DNA from: Candidatus Spiroplasma holothuricola
GTDB taxonomy: Bacteria > Bacillota_I > Bacilli_A > Mycoplasmatales > MT37
Reading direction: 5' to 3'
NCBI GenBank assembly: GCA_002135175.2
Contig: CP022928.1
Coordinates: forward strand, 179,805 to 243,804
DNA length: 64,000 nucleotides
The translations under genes and the position numbers were made by a program. The notes under the pieces were generated by a model. It saw only the letters and a program-made list of their open reading frames with translations, did not search any database and was not told the DNA's origin. This document shows, in pieces, positions 12,485 through 24,610 of this stretch; position 1 is the stretch's first letter; the number at the start of each line of letters is the position of its first letter.

Positions 12485-13925
12485 AAACTTTACTGACATT
12501 TCTAAATTAACTGCCTATTTATCTTCTGACTACAAAAACTTTCTATCTTTTTATCAACAAATAATTACTCTTTTAAAAAAAGAAAATGTTAAAAAAATTG
12601 CTTTTTTTACTAAAATTTTTGTTGAAGAAATTCAGATGAAACTTAATGTTGATTTTTGAAAAAAGAATCGTCATAAATTATTGTTTGCTGTTCCTTACAC
12701 AGTAAAAGATACTTTCATCACTAAAAATGGATTTACAACCGGAAGTTCAAAAATGCTTGCTCAGTTTAAAGTGGATGAAAATGCTTCAGTTATTAAATAC
12801 ATCAATGAAAATGGAGGAATTCTTGTTGGCAAAGTTCATCTTGATGAATTCGGTGCTGGTGGTTCTGGTCTTTTTTCATCTGTTGGTGAATTTTCCCATC
12901 CCTTTGATTCAACTCGAATTGTTGGTGGTTCGTCAAGTGGTTCGGTCTTAAGTTTAATCCATCAAATTGCCAGTTTTTCCATTTGTTCGGATACAGGTGA
13001 TTCTGCTCGTTATCCCGCGCTTTTAAACGGATTATATGGTTATAAGCCAACATTTGGATCAGTTTCAAGATATGGAATGCTCTCCTGTTTTGCTCCTTCA
13101 CTTGATACAGTTTCCCTAATCTCCAACGACTATAGAAATTTTCGAAAAATTTTATCTATTTTAATTCATAATGATGAACAAGATGCTGCCAATTTTGAAT
13201 ATTCTTTTCCCATCAAACCAACGTTAACTCAACCTAAAAAAAAGAAAATCGGTTATTTTGAATTAACTTCCGAAATTGCTAGTGAACAAGCGATTCAAGC
13301 TCATAACTTATTGATTGAGAAACTCAAAAAAAGAGGATTCAAAATGCACAAAATTAAAATTCCGGAAAATATCACCAAAACCTTGTTAATGGTTTATGAA
13401 CTGACTGCTTATCCAGGTTTGTTGTCAACTTTATCAAATCTTAATGGTTTAAATTTTGGTAAATTATCTGAACCTGATTCATCTGACAATTATTTGACAA
13501 AAATTCATAAACTGCGAACAGCAAATTTTGGTAGTCAAATAAAACAAAGACTAATTTTTGGAACATTTTTTCTTGATTTTGAATACACTCATTATGTCCA
13601 AAAAGCACATCAATATCGACACTATATCACCAAGTATATTTCTAAATTACTCAAAAAATATGATTTTTTATTTCATTTAGGAGCTGATTTGCCTCCAACA
13701 ATTAAAGAGACCAAAGAAGAAGGAGATAATTTCTCTGTTGATTTTTCAGTATGATTTTTATTTGCTAATTTTGGAGGATTTCCTTCTTTTTGTTTGCCAT
13801 TTACATGAATTGATCATCTCCCGCTCGGAATCAATCTTTTTACTAAAATTGGTCAAGACTCTGATCTCATTGATATGGGTTCAGCTCTTGCTGAAGTTTT
13901 CAATTTTACTACCCGTTTTCAATAA
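12474..13925 (+). CDS. gatA: Asp/Glu-tRNA amidotransferase subunit A
   Basis: ORFs 12474-12659 and 12681-13754 plus a tail are all in frame 0. It has the amidase signature (VKDTFITKNGFTTGSSKML, GGSSSGS, SDTGDSARYPA..YGYKPTFGSVSRYG). Confidence 0.9.
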
Positions 13926-13936
13926 ATAAACATTGA

Positions 13937-15391
13937 ATGAATAAATCAGCTTTTTTCGTTATTCCCAAAATTGGATTAGAAATTCATTTCCAACTAAATA
14001 CAATAACCAAATTATTTTCCAATGTTTTAAATGCACCGAAAGACACCCCCAATACCAATGTCAGTAAATATGATTTAGGGTTTTCGGGTATTTTGCCTGT
14101 TCCTTCTTTAGAATCAGTAATCTTGGCCATTCGTGCATGTGGAATTTTGAAAGCAAAAATAGCCAATATCTTGAAATTCGATCGAAAGCATTATTTTTAT
14201 TTTGATCTTCCTCATGGTTATCAAATTACTCAAATCAGGGAACCAATTGGTCAAAAAGGACATCTGTCAATTAATGTTCCTTCTGAAAAAACAAAAAAAA
14301 TAACAATTGAATTTATTGCCCTCGAAGAAGATACAGCCAAAACGAAATATTCTGGTAATAATGTCTTGCTTGATTACAACCGGCATGGTGTTCCATTGAT
14401 TGAAGTGGTCACTGCCCCCGAATTCACTTCGATTGTCGAAGTGAAGATTTTTTTAAAAAAACTTTTTGCTTTGTTTTTTCAAGCTGGTGTGAGCACTTGT
14501 TCCTTGGCCGACGGGACAGTTCGAGTTGATCTTAATGTTTCTTCATCAATCAATGACCAAACTCATTTACGTACTGAAATTAAGAATTTAAATTCTTTAA
14601 ATAATTTAGAAAAAGCTTTTGTTCAAGAAATGGCAATTCAAAAAGAACATTTAATTCAAGAACAAATTCCTCAAACAAGTGAAACAAAAAGATTTTCTGA
14701 ATCAACCCAAAAATTAATTAAAATGAGAAAAAAATTTACTCCTGCCGATTATTTATTTTTTCCAGAGTTTTTGATTGCACCCATTAAAATTGAAAAAAAA
14801 TGAATCAATAATGGTCAATTTCATGGTCAATCAATCTTAGCGATTCATGAAGAATTTCTTGAAGAAATTGCCAGCCAACCAATCATTGATCAAATTTTTA
14901 TGATTGATCATTTTATGCTTCAACATCTTTACACATCATTATTTAAAAAATTTATTAGTTTCAAAACTTCAATTCTTTTCTTTCGAGAGTTCTATCTTCC
15001 TCATGATGTTTCTTCTGCTTGAATTTTAAAAAATATTAGTTTAATCGTTAAGCTATTGACAGTTTACGAAAGTAAAGTTATCAATTTTGATTTTGTGAAA
15101 AGCAATTTACTTGCTTTGTTAAAAAATGATAATTGAAATGTCTTAAATGAAATTAAAAACAAAATTTTGGAACATCCAAAACAACAAATAACAGAAACTG
15201 CAATCATCAACATCATTGAGCAACTTTGTGTTGCCGACCCATCAATCAAAAAAAGATGAATTAAAAATCCAGAAGCAACGGCACGATTTTTAATTGGACA
15301 AATTTTAAAAAAAACAAATCAAAAAGCTGATCCATCCTCAACTAAAAAGATTATTTATAAGATAATGGTTTCCCCGAAAGACACTATTTAA
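13937..15391 (+). CDS. gatB: Asp/Glu-tRNA amidotransferase subunit B
   Basis: ORF 13937-14803 extends through five TGA to TAA 15389-15391. Motifs: GLEIHFQLNT, FDRKHYFYFDLPHGYQITQ, ALEEDTAK. Confidence 0.9.
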
Positions 15392-15502
15392 ACGAAATTA
15401 ATAAAACTGAAATAGTTATTTCTTTTCAAATCATACTCACCAATTGATGATTTTTTAATAAATTTAAAAAAATGTTTTTTTGTTAAAAGGTAAAACTACA
15501 AC

Positions 15503-16504
15503 ATGCATTCTTGTAAGGTTTTTTCCAACATCTTTTTTGGTCGTTCACCATCAATTCAAGACAAAATTCTCAAACAAATTAATGATGCTTCCATTGTGAT
15601 TTGTTTGTCCAAAAAGATACCTGATGGCAATGCTTTAGGTTCACAATTTGGTTTGAAAAGCTTTATTAAAGCAAATTGACTTGATAAAGAAGTTTATGCT
15701 CCCGGAAACGGGAATCCAAGCCTGAGTTTTTTCGGCACACCTGACAAAATCGATGATAGTAAATACAAAAATGCACTCGTGATTATTCTTGGTGTTCCAA
15801 CTAAAAACTTTTTAACAGTTGACTATGCTTTTTTAAAAGCCAACGCCAAATTCATTATTCGAATCGATCATCACCCCTTAACCATCCCTTTTGCTAATCT
15901 CGAATGAATTGATCCCACGTCGCCTTCAACGACTCAAATGTTAGCGATTTTAGTGGCTGGTCGAAAATATGTTTATCCTTCACTCATGGCTCGTAATTGA
16001 TTTGGTGGTCTTGTGACTGACACTGATCAATTAAATTATGGAATGATTGATAAACGAACCGGAAATGTATTACAATTTTTATTTGCCCAAAATTTTGATG
16101 TTCAAGAAATTTTACGAAAAATCAACAATCGTTCTTCAGAACGAGTGATGATTGAAAATTATGTATTACAAAATATTAACTTTCATAACAATTCAGGTCT
16201 GATTACTTGTACAATTCCTCATAAAATAGTGGCACAGGTACCACAACATTCATTGAATAATTTGATTGGAATTTTGTGAGGAGTGAGTAATGCCCAAATC
16301 ATTGCTTTTGTCACAATTGCCGAAGATCAACAAAATGCCATTGGCCAAATTCGAGCCATCAATGTTGTTCATGGTGTTGCTGAAGTCGCCCAAAAATACA
16401 ATGGGGGAGGTCATGATTGATCAGCTGGTGCTTATTTTTCAAGTGATCGAATTGATGATTTTTTTGCTGACTTAGAAAAACTTTTAATTCCTGATCAAAA
16501 TTAG
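15503..16504 (+). CDS. DHH-family phosphoesterase (NrnA-like)
   Basis: ATG 15503 is in frame 2 with ORF 16013-16279, and I checked the gaps. Motifs: PDGNALGS, RIDHHP (DHH), GGGHDW (DHHA1). Confidence 0.85.
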
Positions 16505-16583
16505 CTTTTTTGTCAGCTTTTTAGCCACTAATTTCTTCTTTTTTAACTGATGAATATGATAAAATTTTTAGATATCAATATTA

Positions 16584-16874
16584 ATGAAAAAAGTAGTTTT
16601 GCCTCTTTATCAGAAACAAATTTTGACTGGTCTTGTTGTCAAAAAAGTGCTTGATAAAACGGTTACTGTTGCTGTTGTCCGCAAATTTCGTCATCCTATT
16701 TATAAAAAAGTTATCCAAACAACAAAAAAATATTTAGTGGATGATCCAAAAAATGAAGCAAAAGAATCTGATCGAGTGAAAATTATTCATGTCCGACGAC
16801 TTTCTGCTCGCAAAAGATTTCGAGTTTTGAAAATTTTAAGCTCTCCTTCTCTTAACTCAACTGTTACAAAATAA
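16584..16874 (+). CDS. rpsQ: ribosomal protein S17
   Basis: An intact ORF: GLVVKKVLDKTVTVAVVRKFRHPIYKK... Confidence 0.95.
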   Translation: MKKVVLPLYQKQILTGLVVKKVLDKTVTVAVVRKFRHPIYKKVIQTTKKYLVDDPKNEAKESDRVKIIHVRRLSARKRFRVLKILSSPSLNSTVTK

Positions 16875-16877
16875 ATC

Positions 16878-17243
16878 ATGGTCAACCAAGAAACTAGATT
16901 AAAAGTAATGGATAATACGGGAGCAAAAGTTTTGTTAATGATTCGTAACCTTGCTTCTCGGAAAAGATATGCTCGTGTTGGGGATATCATTGTTGGAACA
17001 ATAAAAAGTGCTACCCCTTCAGGAATGGTTAAAAAAGGAGAAGTGGTAAAAGCAGTGATTATTCGAACAAAACGTTCCATTCATAGAAAAGATGGAACAG
17101 TGATTACATTTCCAGACAATGCTGTTGTTTTAATTAACAACAATCTGCAACCAAAAGGAACCCGAATTTTTGGTCCAGTTAGCTTTGAATTAAAAGCACG
17201 AAAATTTGACAAAATTGTTTCATTGGTTACAGAAGTTTTATAA
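16878..17243 (+). CDS. rplN: ribosomal protein L14
   Basis: An intact ORF: [17 protein letters not shown]... Confidence 0.97.
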   Translation: MVNQETRLKVMDNTGAKVLLMIRNLASRKRYARVGDIIVGTIKSATPSGMVKKGEVVKAVIIRTKRSIHRKDGTVITFPDNAVVLINNNLQPKGTRIFGPVSFELKARKFDKIVSLVTEVL

Positions 17244-17247
17244 GATT

Positions 17248-17553
17248 ATGCGTTTAAGAAAAGGTGATTCTATCATTGTCATTGCCGGTCGGCATAAAGG
17301 ACAAAAAGGTCAAATCATTAAAATTGATCACAAAAATCAACGAGTGATGTTGGATACAATTAAATGTATAAAACACGTCAAACCAAAACAAGATCAAAAA
17401 CAAGGAGAAATCAAAGAAATTGCCAAACCAATTCACGTTTCCAATGTTGCTTTTATTGATAAGAAAAGCAAAGATAAACCAACAAGAATTGGTTATAAAT
17501 TTGATCAAAAACAAAAAATTCGTATTACTCGAAAATCAAAAACTGTTATTTAA
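17248..17553 (+). CDS. rplX: ribosomal protein L24
   Basis: ATG 17248 lies within track ORF 17206-17553. KOW motif: RKGDSIIVIAGRHKGQKGQI. Confidence 0.93.
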   Translation: MRLRKGDSIIVIAGRHKGQKGQIIKIDHKNQRVMLDTIKCIKHVKPKQDQKQGEIKEIAKPIHVSNVAFIDKKSKDKPTRIGYKFDQKQKIRITRKSKTVI

Positions 17554-17558
17554 ATAAA

Positions 17559-18107
17559 ATGCCAACCAATAATTCTTCTTTTCGTGAAACTTTTCAAAAA
17601 CAAATTCGTCCTGAAATGCAAAAAAAATACAATTATAAGTCAATCATGGCTGTTCCTGAGATTGAAAAATTAGTGATCAATGTTGGTCTTGGTGAGGCTA
17701 CCGTTGACAAGAAACACATTGCCGATGCAATTAAAGAATTCACAATCATCACTGGCCAAAAACCAGCTTTTACCACGGCTCGTAAATCAATTGCTGGTTT
17801 CAAATTACGAGAAAAAATGCCAATTGGCATTAAAATAACATTACGGAAAACACGAATGTATAAATTTATTTTTCGATTAGTACATATTGTTTTTCCACGA
17901 ATTCGAGATTTTCGAGGAATACCCAAAACCGGGTTTGACAAAAACGGGAACTACAATATGGGTTTGAAAGAGCAAATTGTTTTTTCAGAAGTAAATTATG
18001 ATCAAATTAAAATTAATAAAGGAATGAATTTAACATTTGTTATTCGAAACAGCACTCCCGAAAAATCCCTCCAGCTTCTCAGAGAAATGGGATTTCCAAT
18101 CCGTTAA
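17559..18107 (+). CDS. rplE: ribosomal protein L5
   Basis: An intact ORF with operon position between L24 and S14: VINVGLGEA...GFPIR. Confidence 0.95.
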   Translation: MPTNNSSFRETFQKQIRPEMQKKYNYKSIMAVPEIEKLVINVGLGEATVDKKHIADAIKEFTIITGQKPAFTTARKSIAGFKLREKMPIGIKITLRKTRMYKFIFRLVHIVFPRIRDFRGIPKTGFDKNGNYNMGLKEQIVFSEVNYDQIKINKGMNLTFVIRNSTPEKSLQLLREMGFPIR

Positions 18108-18116
18108 TTATTTTCA

Positions 18117-18302
18117 ATGTCACGTAAAGCTTTAGTTGCCAAACAAAAAAAATACAATCGATTTACATCACGAAATTATACAAGATGTTCAAGTTGTGGC
18201 CGGTCACGTTCTGTTTTTCGAAAATTTGAGTTATGTCGAATTTGTTTTCGAACAATGGCTCACAATGGTGAATTGCCAGGAATAAAAAAGGCATCATGAT
18301 AA
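18117..18302 (+). CDS. rpsN: ribosomal protein S14 (type Z, zinc-binding)
   Basis: A 61-aa ORF with CSSC...CRIC. The conserved C-terminal ...KASW needs TGA 18297-18299 read as Trp before TAA. Confidence 0.95.
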
Positions 18303-18338
18303 AATTTTCTTGTTTTTTTATTTGTTATTAAATTATTT

Positions 18339-18737
18339 ATGAGTGTTATTTCCGATCCAATTGCTGATTTACTAATTCGTCTCAAAAACGCCACTCTTGT
18401 CCATCATGAATCTTGTTTAATTCCTTCTTCAAAACTCAATGGTCAAATTTTGGAAATCTTAAAAAAAGAATCTTATATTCTTGATTACGAATCAGTCAAA
18501 GATTCCTGACCCCCAATGTGAACAGTGGGTCTTCATTACAATAAAAAAATGTCAGTCATTCAAGGAGTAAAACGAATTTCAAAACCTGGAGCAAGAATTT
18601 ATGTCATTGCCTCCAAAATGCCCGTTGTTCGTACCGGTATTGGAACAGCAATTGTTTCAACTTCATCAGGATTAATGACAGCCAAAGAAGCTCGAAAAGC
18701 AAATGTTGGGGGTGAAGTCATTGCTCATATTTGATAA
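18339..18737 (+). CDS. rpsH: ribosomal protein S8
   Basis: ATG 18339 is in frame 0 with ORF 18525-18734. The N-terminus [18 protein letters not shown] is typical of S8. It contains three in-frame TGA. Confidence 0.93.
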
Positions 18738-18742
18738 AAATT

Positions 18743-19294
18743 ATGTCATTAATCGGTCGTCGTCTTTTAGTTATTCCAGTTGAAGTTACTGTGAAAATCA
18801 GTGAAGATTTTCGACAAGTTGAATTGACGGGTCCGCTTGGAAAAGTTTCCAAAAAGTTTTCAGGCAAAATTATTATTGAACAAAAAGATCAGCAATTAAC
18901 GACTAAACTTCGTCCTAATGCTGCCAAAACCGATAAAGCTTTGTGAGGAACAACCAATTCGATCATCCAAAATTTAATTGATGGTGTGATGAAAGGTTTT
19001 GCCAAAAAATTGTTAATTAGTGGTCTTGGTTACAAAGTAATTCACAAAAATGACACTTTAGAATTATTTCTTGGTTTTTCGCATTCAATAATATTTCCCA
19101 TTCCAGCTGATATAACAATTAACGTTCCCAGTCCAACAGTAATTGAGATCAGTGGAATTGATAAAGAGCGTGTTGGATTAATTGCCAGTCAAATTCGAAA
19201 ATTCAAAAAAACAGAACCTTACAAAGGAAAAGGGGTTCGTTATCATGATGAAGTTCCTCTGCGCAAAGCGGGTAAAACAACAACAAGTAAATAA
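18743..19294 (+). CDS. rplF: ribosomal protein L6
   Basis: ATG 18743 is in frame 2 with ORFs 18731-18946 and 18986-19294. Motif: EPYKGKGVRY. Confidence 0.93.
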
Positions 19295-19320
19295 ATGATT
19301 TTGTTTCAATTCTGTTAATT

Positions 19321-19674
19321 ATGCCTATTTCTTCTCGTTTTAATGCTCGTCAATTACGTCATGCCCGAATTCGGAAACGAATATCTGGAACAGCTGCTCG
19401 TCCTCGATTGGCTGTTTTTGTTTCCAACCGTCATTTTTGTGCCCAAATCATTGATGATGAAAAGCACCACACATTAGTTGCTCATTCTACTTTAGAAATG
19501 AAACAAAAATTATCACTCAACAAAAAGACAGCTACTTTGGTTGGTGAAGCAATTGCTAAAAAAGCTTTAGCAAAAAAAATTACGGAAGTAGTTTTTGATC
19601 GTGGTGGTTATCTTTTTCATGGCCGAATTGCTGCTTTTGCCACAGCAGCTCGTAATGGAGGATTAAAATTTTAA
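19321..19674 (+). CDS. rplR: ribosomal protein L18
   Basis: An intact ORF: RHARIRKRISGTAARPRLAVF...FDRGGYLFHGRIAAFA. Confidence 0.95.
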   Translation: MPISSRFNARQLRHARIRKRISGTAARPRLAVFVSNRHFCAQIIDDEKHHTLVAHSTLEMKQKLSLNKKTATLVGEAIAKKALAKKITEVVFDRGGYLFHGRIAAFATAARNGGLKF

Positions 19675-19680
19675 AAAGTG

Positions 19681-20583
19681 ATGAGTGATAATTTAATTGA
19701 CCCGAAGAAAACGATTGATTTAAAAAACACAAAAGCATCTGTTCCTTCAACAGAAAAAGATTTGTCTCAATCAAAACCAACAGTTGCAAGCATTAAAACA
19801 ACGTCTGCATCAAAAACACCTGACAAACCAATTGTTTCTTCAAGTCCAAAAATGACGAGAGACTCTTCACAAAACTCAATCAAACCTCAACCAATAGCTG
19901 ATAATTCATCATCACCAACACCAGATCTTGCTTCTAAAATTGAAGCTGGATCCTCAACTCAATCATTAGCAACTGACTCTGTCAACAAATCTTTAGTCAC
20001 TGAAAAATCAATTCAAGCAGAAATCGATGAACAACAACAAAAAAGACAAAAAGAAATGGAACGTCGAAAAATTCTTTGAAGAAAGACGCGTACTGTTCAC
20101 GACCGAACCAAAAACATTTTTAAATTTAAATTAATTGAAGTGAAGCGAATTACAAAAGTGACTAAAGGCGGTCGTCGTTTTCGTTTTTTTGCTGCTGCTC
20201 TTGCTGGTGATGAAAATGGGAAAGTTGGTGTTGGTTTTGGTAAAGGTAATGAAGTTAATTCAGCTCGAATCAAAGCATATGCCCAGGCTGAAAAAAAAAT
20301 GATAAAAATTCCCATTGTCAATGGCACGATTCCTCATGAAGTTACTGGTCGTTTTTGTAGTTCACATATTTTCTTTAAACCAGCTCCCGAGGGAACCGGA
20401 ATTGTTATTGGAGGGGCATCTCGAAACGTTATTGCTCTTTTGGGTATCAAAAATATTCGTGGCAAATCACTAGGTTCAAATAATAAAATGAACTTAATTC
20501 AAGCAACAATGAAAGCTCTTCAATCGTTGAAAACTCATTCTGAATGAAAAGCCCTTCGTTTTGGCAATTCTAATGATGATTAA
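19681..20583 (+). CDS. rpsE: ribosomal protein S5 with a long N-terminal low-complexity extension
   Basis: ORFs 19678-20079 and 20140-20547 are in the same frame, joined by one TGA. The canonical S5 core is [16 protein letters not shown]...[11 protein letters not shown]. Stop is TAA 20581-20583. Confidence 0.9.
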
Positions 20584-21076
20584 TAAAGAAAAATTTTCTC
20601 CTGTTCGAACAACTATTGATCGCAAACGTTTAGGTCGAGGGATTGGATCGGGTCACGGCAAAACTTCTTCACGTGGTCATAAAGGTCAAAGATCACGTTC
20701 TGGTCACAAAATTAGTGTCAGCTTTGAGGGGGGGCAAATGCCTTTTTATCGTCGAATTCCCAAAAATCGAGGATTTAAACGAACCTGAAAAGTACCTTTT
20801 CAGGTAGTCAATTTAAATCAACTCATTCAAAAAGATTTAACAACAGTTACTCCGACAATTCTTTATCAACTCGGATTGATTCGTTCGATGACCAAACCTG
20901 TCAAAATTTTAGGAACAGAAAAAATAACGAAACCAATAATGATTCATGCCCATGCTATTTCCAAATCTGCAGCTGATGCAATCGAACTCGGTCAAGGAAA
21001 ATTTGAAAAATTAGAAATGCCGGCACGTCGTCAACCTCCAAAAGAAAAATTTGCTGATAAATTTTCTCGTAGTTAA
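20573..21076 (+). CDS. rplO: ribosomal protein L15
   Basis: ATG 20573 is in frame 2 with ORFs 20561-20788 and 20876-21076. Motif: [24 protein letters not shown]. It overlaps the end of rpsE by 11 nt. Confidence 0.93.
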
Positions 21077-21105
21077 TTTTTCTTGCTTGCTTTCTTTGTT
21101 TGAAC

Positions 21106-22470
21106 ATGAAAAAGCCCATTAGTCATTTTAAGAAGTACAAAACAATCTATCGACGAGTTTTCTTTACTTTGTTTTTTATTTTTCTCTTTCGACTTGGGAC
21201 GTTGATCACTCTTCCTGGTATTGTCTGAAAAGATAATCCAGATACCGGAATTGAATTTTTAAGTACACTTGCTGCTCTAGGTGGTGGTGTTCTTTCCCGT
21301 TTTTCATTTTTTGCCGTTGGTATTTCTCCATTTATTACTGCTTCCATTCTTGTCCAATTATTGTCTACTGGTTTAATTCCGGCTTTGATGCGATGAACAA
21401 AACAAGGACGTAAAGGCCAAGTTAAATTGAACTATTTAACAAAATTAATCACTGTTCCTTTAGGTTATGTTCAAGCACTCGGAATCATTTTTGCTTTGGA
21501 GCAAATAAAAGTGATTGAAATTGGCGGTGTTTTGGATAAAAATGTGTACAAATTCTTTTTTTGTCCCATTGTTCTTCTTGGTGGAACGATGATTACTTTG
21601 TTGTTTGCCGATTTAATTTCCAGTAAAGGAATTGGGCAAGGGACATCAGTTATCATCTTTACCGGAATCTTGGCTGTGATTCCCGGTCAATTAATTCAAG
21701 AATTGGGGAAACTAGTATCTTCACCACAAGCAATTCTTTTGGCTCGAACATCCTGGATAATATTGAGTGTTGCTACTTACTTTTTAATTTTGTTTTTTTT
21801 AATTGTTCTCATTGTTTATTTTCAAAATGCTGAACGACGGATTCCGGTTCAACAAACCGGTTCTGGATTACGCTTAAAACAACAAGAAAAAAGCTATTTG
21901 CCATTAAAACTTAATCCTTCGGGCGTAATTCCAGTCATTTTTGCTTCTACATTTTTTTCTTTGTTTGGGGCAATCTCAAAAATTATTGCTGGAAATCAAA
22001 GCCAAAGTGCCCAAAACTTCGTTGCTTTTGCTGATAAATTTCTTTCTTTTGAAACAGCAGCCGGCATTGCTTTTTTTGCTTTGTTTGTTTTTTTGTTTAC
22101 CTTACTTTATGCTCATATTTCCATTAATAGTGAACAGTTATCCAAAAATTTTCAACAATCTGGCTCTTACATTCCGGGAATTTTACCAGGTCAAAACACA
22201 ATGAATTATGTCTCCCGAATAGTATCGAGAGTTTCTTTGTTTGGAGCAATTTATCTTGCTTTTTTAGCGTCTTTTTCTTTTCTGGTCAATCGTGTTTTAT
22301 TTGAAGAACAAATCAGTGGTACTCAAGGAATAAATTTAGGTATTAGTGGAACCAGTATTTTAATTTTGGTTTTGATTGGCGAGAATATTCTGCGACAAAT
22401 TCAAGATTTAAGAATACAATCACGTTATATTGATTTAAGATCTTCACAAAAGGATATTTTTCTATGGTAA
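21106..22470 (+). CDS. secY: preprotein translocase subunit SecY
   Basis: ATG 21106 is in frame 1 with ORF 21427-22470, and I checked the gap codon by codon (two TGA). It is multi-TM and has the motif FAVGISPFITASILVQLL. Confidence 0.95.
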
Positions 22471-23120
22471 ATTTAGTACTCACATTTATCGGTCCTCCTG
22501 GTGCTGGCAAAGGACATTTTTCTTACTGAATAGTCAAAAAATTTGGTTTCAAACGGCTTGCTTCTGGTGATATTACACGAAAATATGCTGATGAACCAAC
22601 AGAAATTGGTTTAAAAATCTCTAAATTAATGGAACGAGGAGAATTGCTTCCTGATGAATTGATTTCTCAACTTTTTTTCTTAGAACTAGAAAAAATTCAC
22701 TCAAATGTAGTTCTTGATGGTTTTCCCCGAACCAAAATTCAAGGAGTTTTTTTGCATACTTTTTTACGAAAAAAAATGTCTAAAAATAAGTTTATTGTTA
22801 TTATTTTAAAGACCAAAAAAGAAGATTCTGCTTATCGAGTTCAGGGACGATTGTTTTGTGCAATTTGTTCAGCAACCTATCATCCTAAACTTTCTCCTCC
22901 ACGAGAAAGTTTTTTTTGTGATAATGACAACACCAAACTTTCACGACGGGCTGATGATGAACATTTTGCAGAAAGATGAGCCACTTATGAACGCAAGACT
23001 TTGCCTTTGATCAAATTTATGAAGGCACGAGTGAATCCGAAAAATTTATTTGAAATTGGCAGTGATTTATCAAAAGAAGAAATTAAGAAAATTTTGGAAA
23101 AAATAGTTGAAAAAAATTAG
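22464..23120 (+). CDS. adk: adenylate kinase
   Basis: ATG 22464 is in frame 0 with ORF 22629-22979. It has a P-loop (GPPGAGKG) and a LID segment (C..C...C.ND..RADD). It overlaps the secY stop. Confidence 0.93.
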
Positions 23121-23122
23121 TT

Positions 23123-23893
23123 GTGGCTATTATCAAAAATGATTCCGAACTAAAATTGATTCAATTTGCTGCTTCTGTTGTAGCCAAAATTTTACAAAAA
23201 ATTAAAAAGACAATCAAGCCTGGAATAACCGGAAAAGATCTTGAAACTATTGCCTTGAAAATAATAGAAGAACATGATTGTCAACCCAATTTTTTAGGTT
23301 ATGAAGGATTTCCGGCTGCCATTTGTGTGTCACGAAATGATGAATTAATTCATGGTATTCCCAATGACAAACCTTTTCACCCAGGAGATTTAATTAGTGT
23401 TGATGTTGGTTGTCAATTTAAAAATTTTCATGCCGATGCTGCAATTTCTGTGGGAATCCCACCAATCAACCCAGCTACTGCTAAAATTTTGAATGTGACT
23501 AATGAATGTTTGACCAAAGTGATTGAACAAATCAAACCCGGTATGGAAATCAGAAAAATTGGAACAATTATTGAAACCATTGCTCAAAAAAATGGTTTTA
23601 GTCTTTCAACTGAATATTGTGGCCACGGCATTGGGCATCAACTCCACGAAAATCCAAACATTTACAACACCACCAAAGAATATGGAAGAAACAAAAAAAA
23701 ATTGGTTCCAGGAATGGTTTTTTGTGTTGAACCAATGCTTTTGGCAGGAAAATCAAAAACAAAACTTGATCAAGATCATTGAACAGTTCGAAGTGTTGAT
23801 CATCAAATTAATTGTCACATGGAGCACATGCTTTTAATGACCAAACATGGAGTAAAAGTACTCACCACTAATGAAAGATTTATCAACAATTAA
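23123..23893 (+). CDS. map: methionine aminopeptidase type I
   Basis: ORF 23123-23782 (GTG start) extends through one TGA to TAA 23891-23893. Metal ligands lie in VDVGC..HADAA, GHGIG, FCVEP and HMEH. Confidence 0.93.
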
Positions 23894-24089
23894 ACGATTC
23901 ACAGGAACCGTAATTACCAATCTCGGCCGGGGGCTTTATCGTGTTCGACTTGAGAACAATAAAGAAATCATTGCCCGTGTTAGTGGTAAAATGAGGAAGT
24001 ATTCGATTCAAATTCTCGTCAATGACACTGTTGAAGTAGAAATTTCAATCTATGACCATACTAAGGGTCGTGTTGTGATGAGAAAATAG
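23871..24089 (+). CDS. infA: translation initiation factor IF-1
   Basis: An intact 72-aa ORF with an S1-like fold: YRVRLENNKEIIARVSGKMRK. It overlaps map by 23 nt. Confidence 0.93.
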   Translation: MKDLSTIKRFTGTVITNLGRGLYRVRLENNKEIIARVSGKMRKYSIQILVNDTVEVEISIYDHTKGRVVMRK

Positions 24090-24101
24090 AAATAAATCAA
24101 A

Positions 24102-24215
24102 ATGAAAGTACGTACTTCAGTCGTTAAAATTTGTAATTCTTGTAAATTTGTTCGCCGAAAAGGAAGAATTGCCGTAATTTGTTCGGTTCCAAGACACAAA
24201 CAACGCCAAGGATAA
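24102..24215 (+). CDS. rpmJ: ribosomal protein L36
   Basis: A 37-aa ORF not in the track: [37 protein letters not shown]. Confidence 0.93.
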   Translation: MKVRTSVVKICNSCKFVRRKGRIAVICSVPRHKQRQG

Positions 24216-24229
24216 AATATTAAATATTT

Positions 24230-24610
24230 ATGATCAGAATCGCTGGTGTGGATTTACCCAAAAAAAAGAGTATTCTGATTGGTTTGACTCACATTCATGG
24301 AATTGGTAGAAGTGCATCTCACAAAATTTTAACAGTAGCTGAAATTGATGAAAACAAAAAAATTGATAAAATAACTGATGCCGAAGCAGTTGCCATTCAA
24401 GCAGCAACATCAAAGTGAAAAACCGAAGGTGAAGTCCGTCGATCTACTCGTTTGAATATTAAAAGATTAATGGAAATTGGTTGTTATCGAGGTATTCGTC
24501 ATCGTAAGGGGTTGCCAGTTCGTGGTCAGATCACTCAAAAAAATGCCCGAACATGCAAAGGACCTCGAAAAACAGTAGCTAATAAAAAGAAATCAGTAAG
24601 TAAAACATAA
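24230..24610 (+). CDS. rpsM: ribosomal protein S13
   Basis: ORF 24230-24418 extends through one TGA. Motifs: [27 protein letters not shown]. The stop TAA shares an A with the rpsK ATG. Confidence 0.95.

Noticed and set aside
20573-20583. The missing L30 gene between rpsE and rplO, considered as a deletion event.
   Set aside because: Absence of rpmD at this position is, as far as I recall, common in Mycoplasma genomes, for example in M. genitalium. It is not specific to this sequence.
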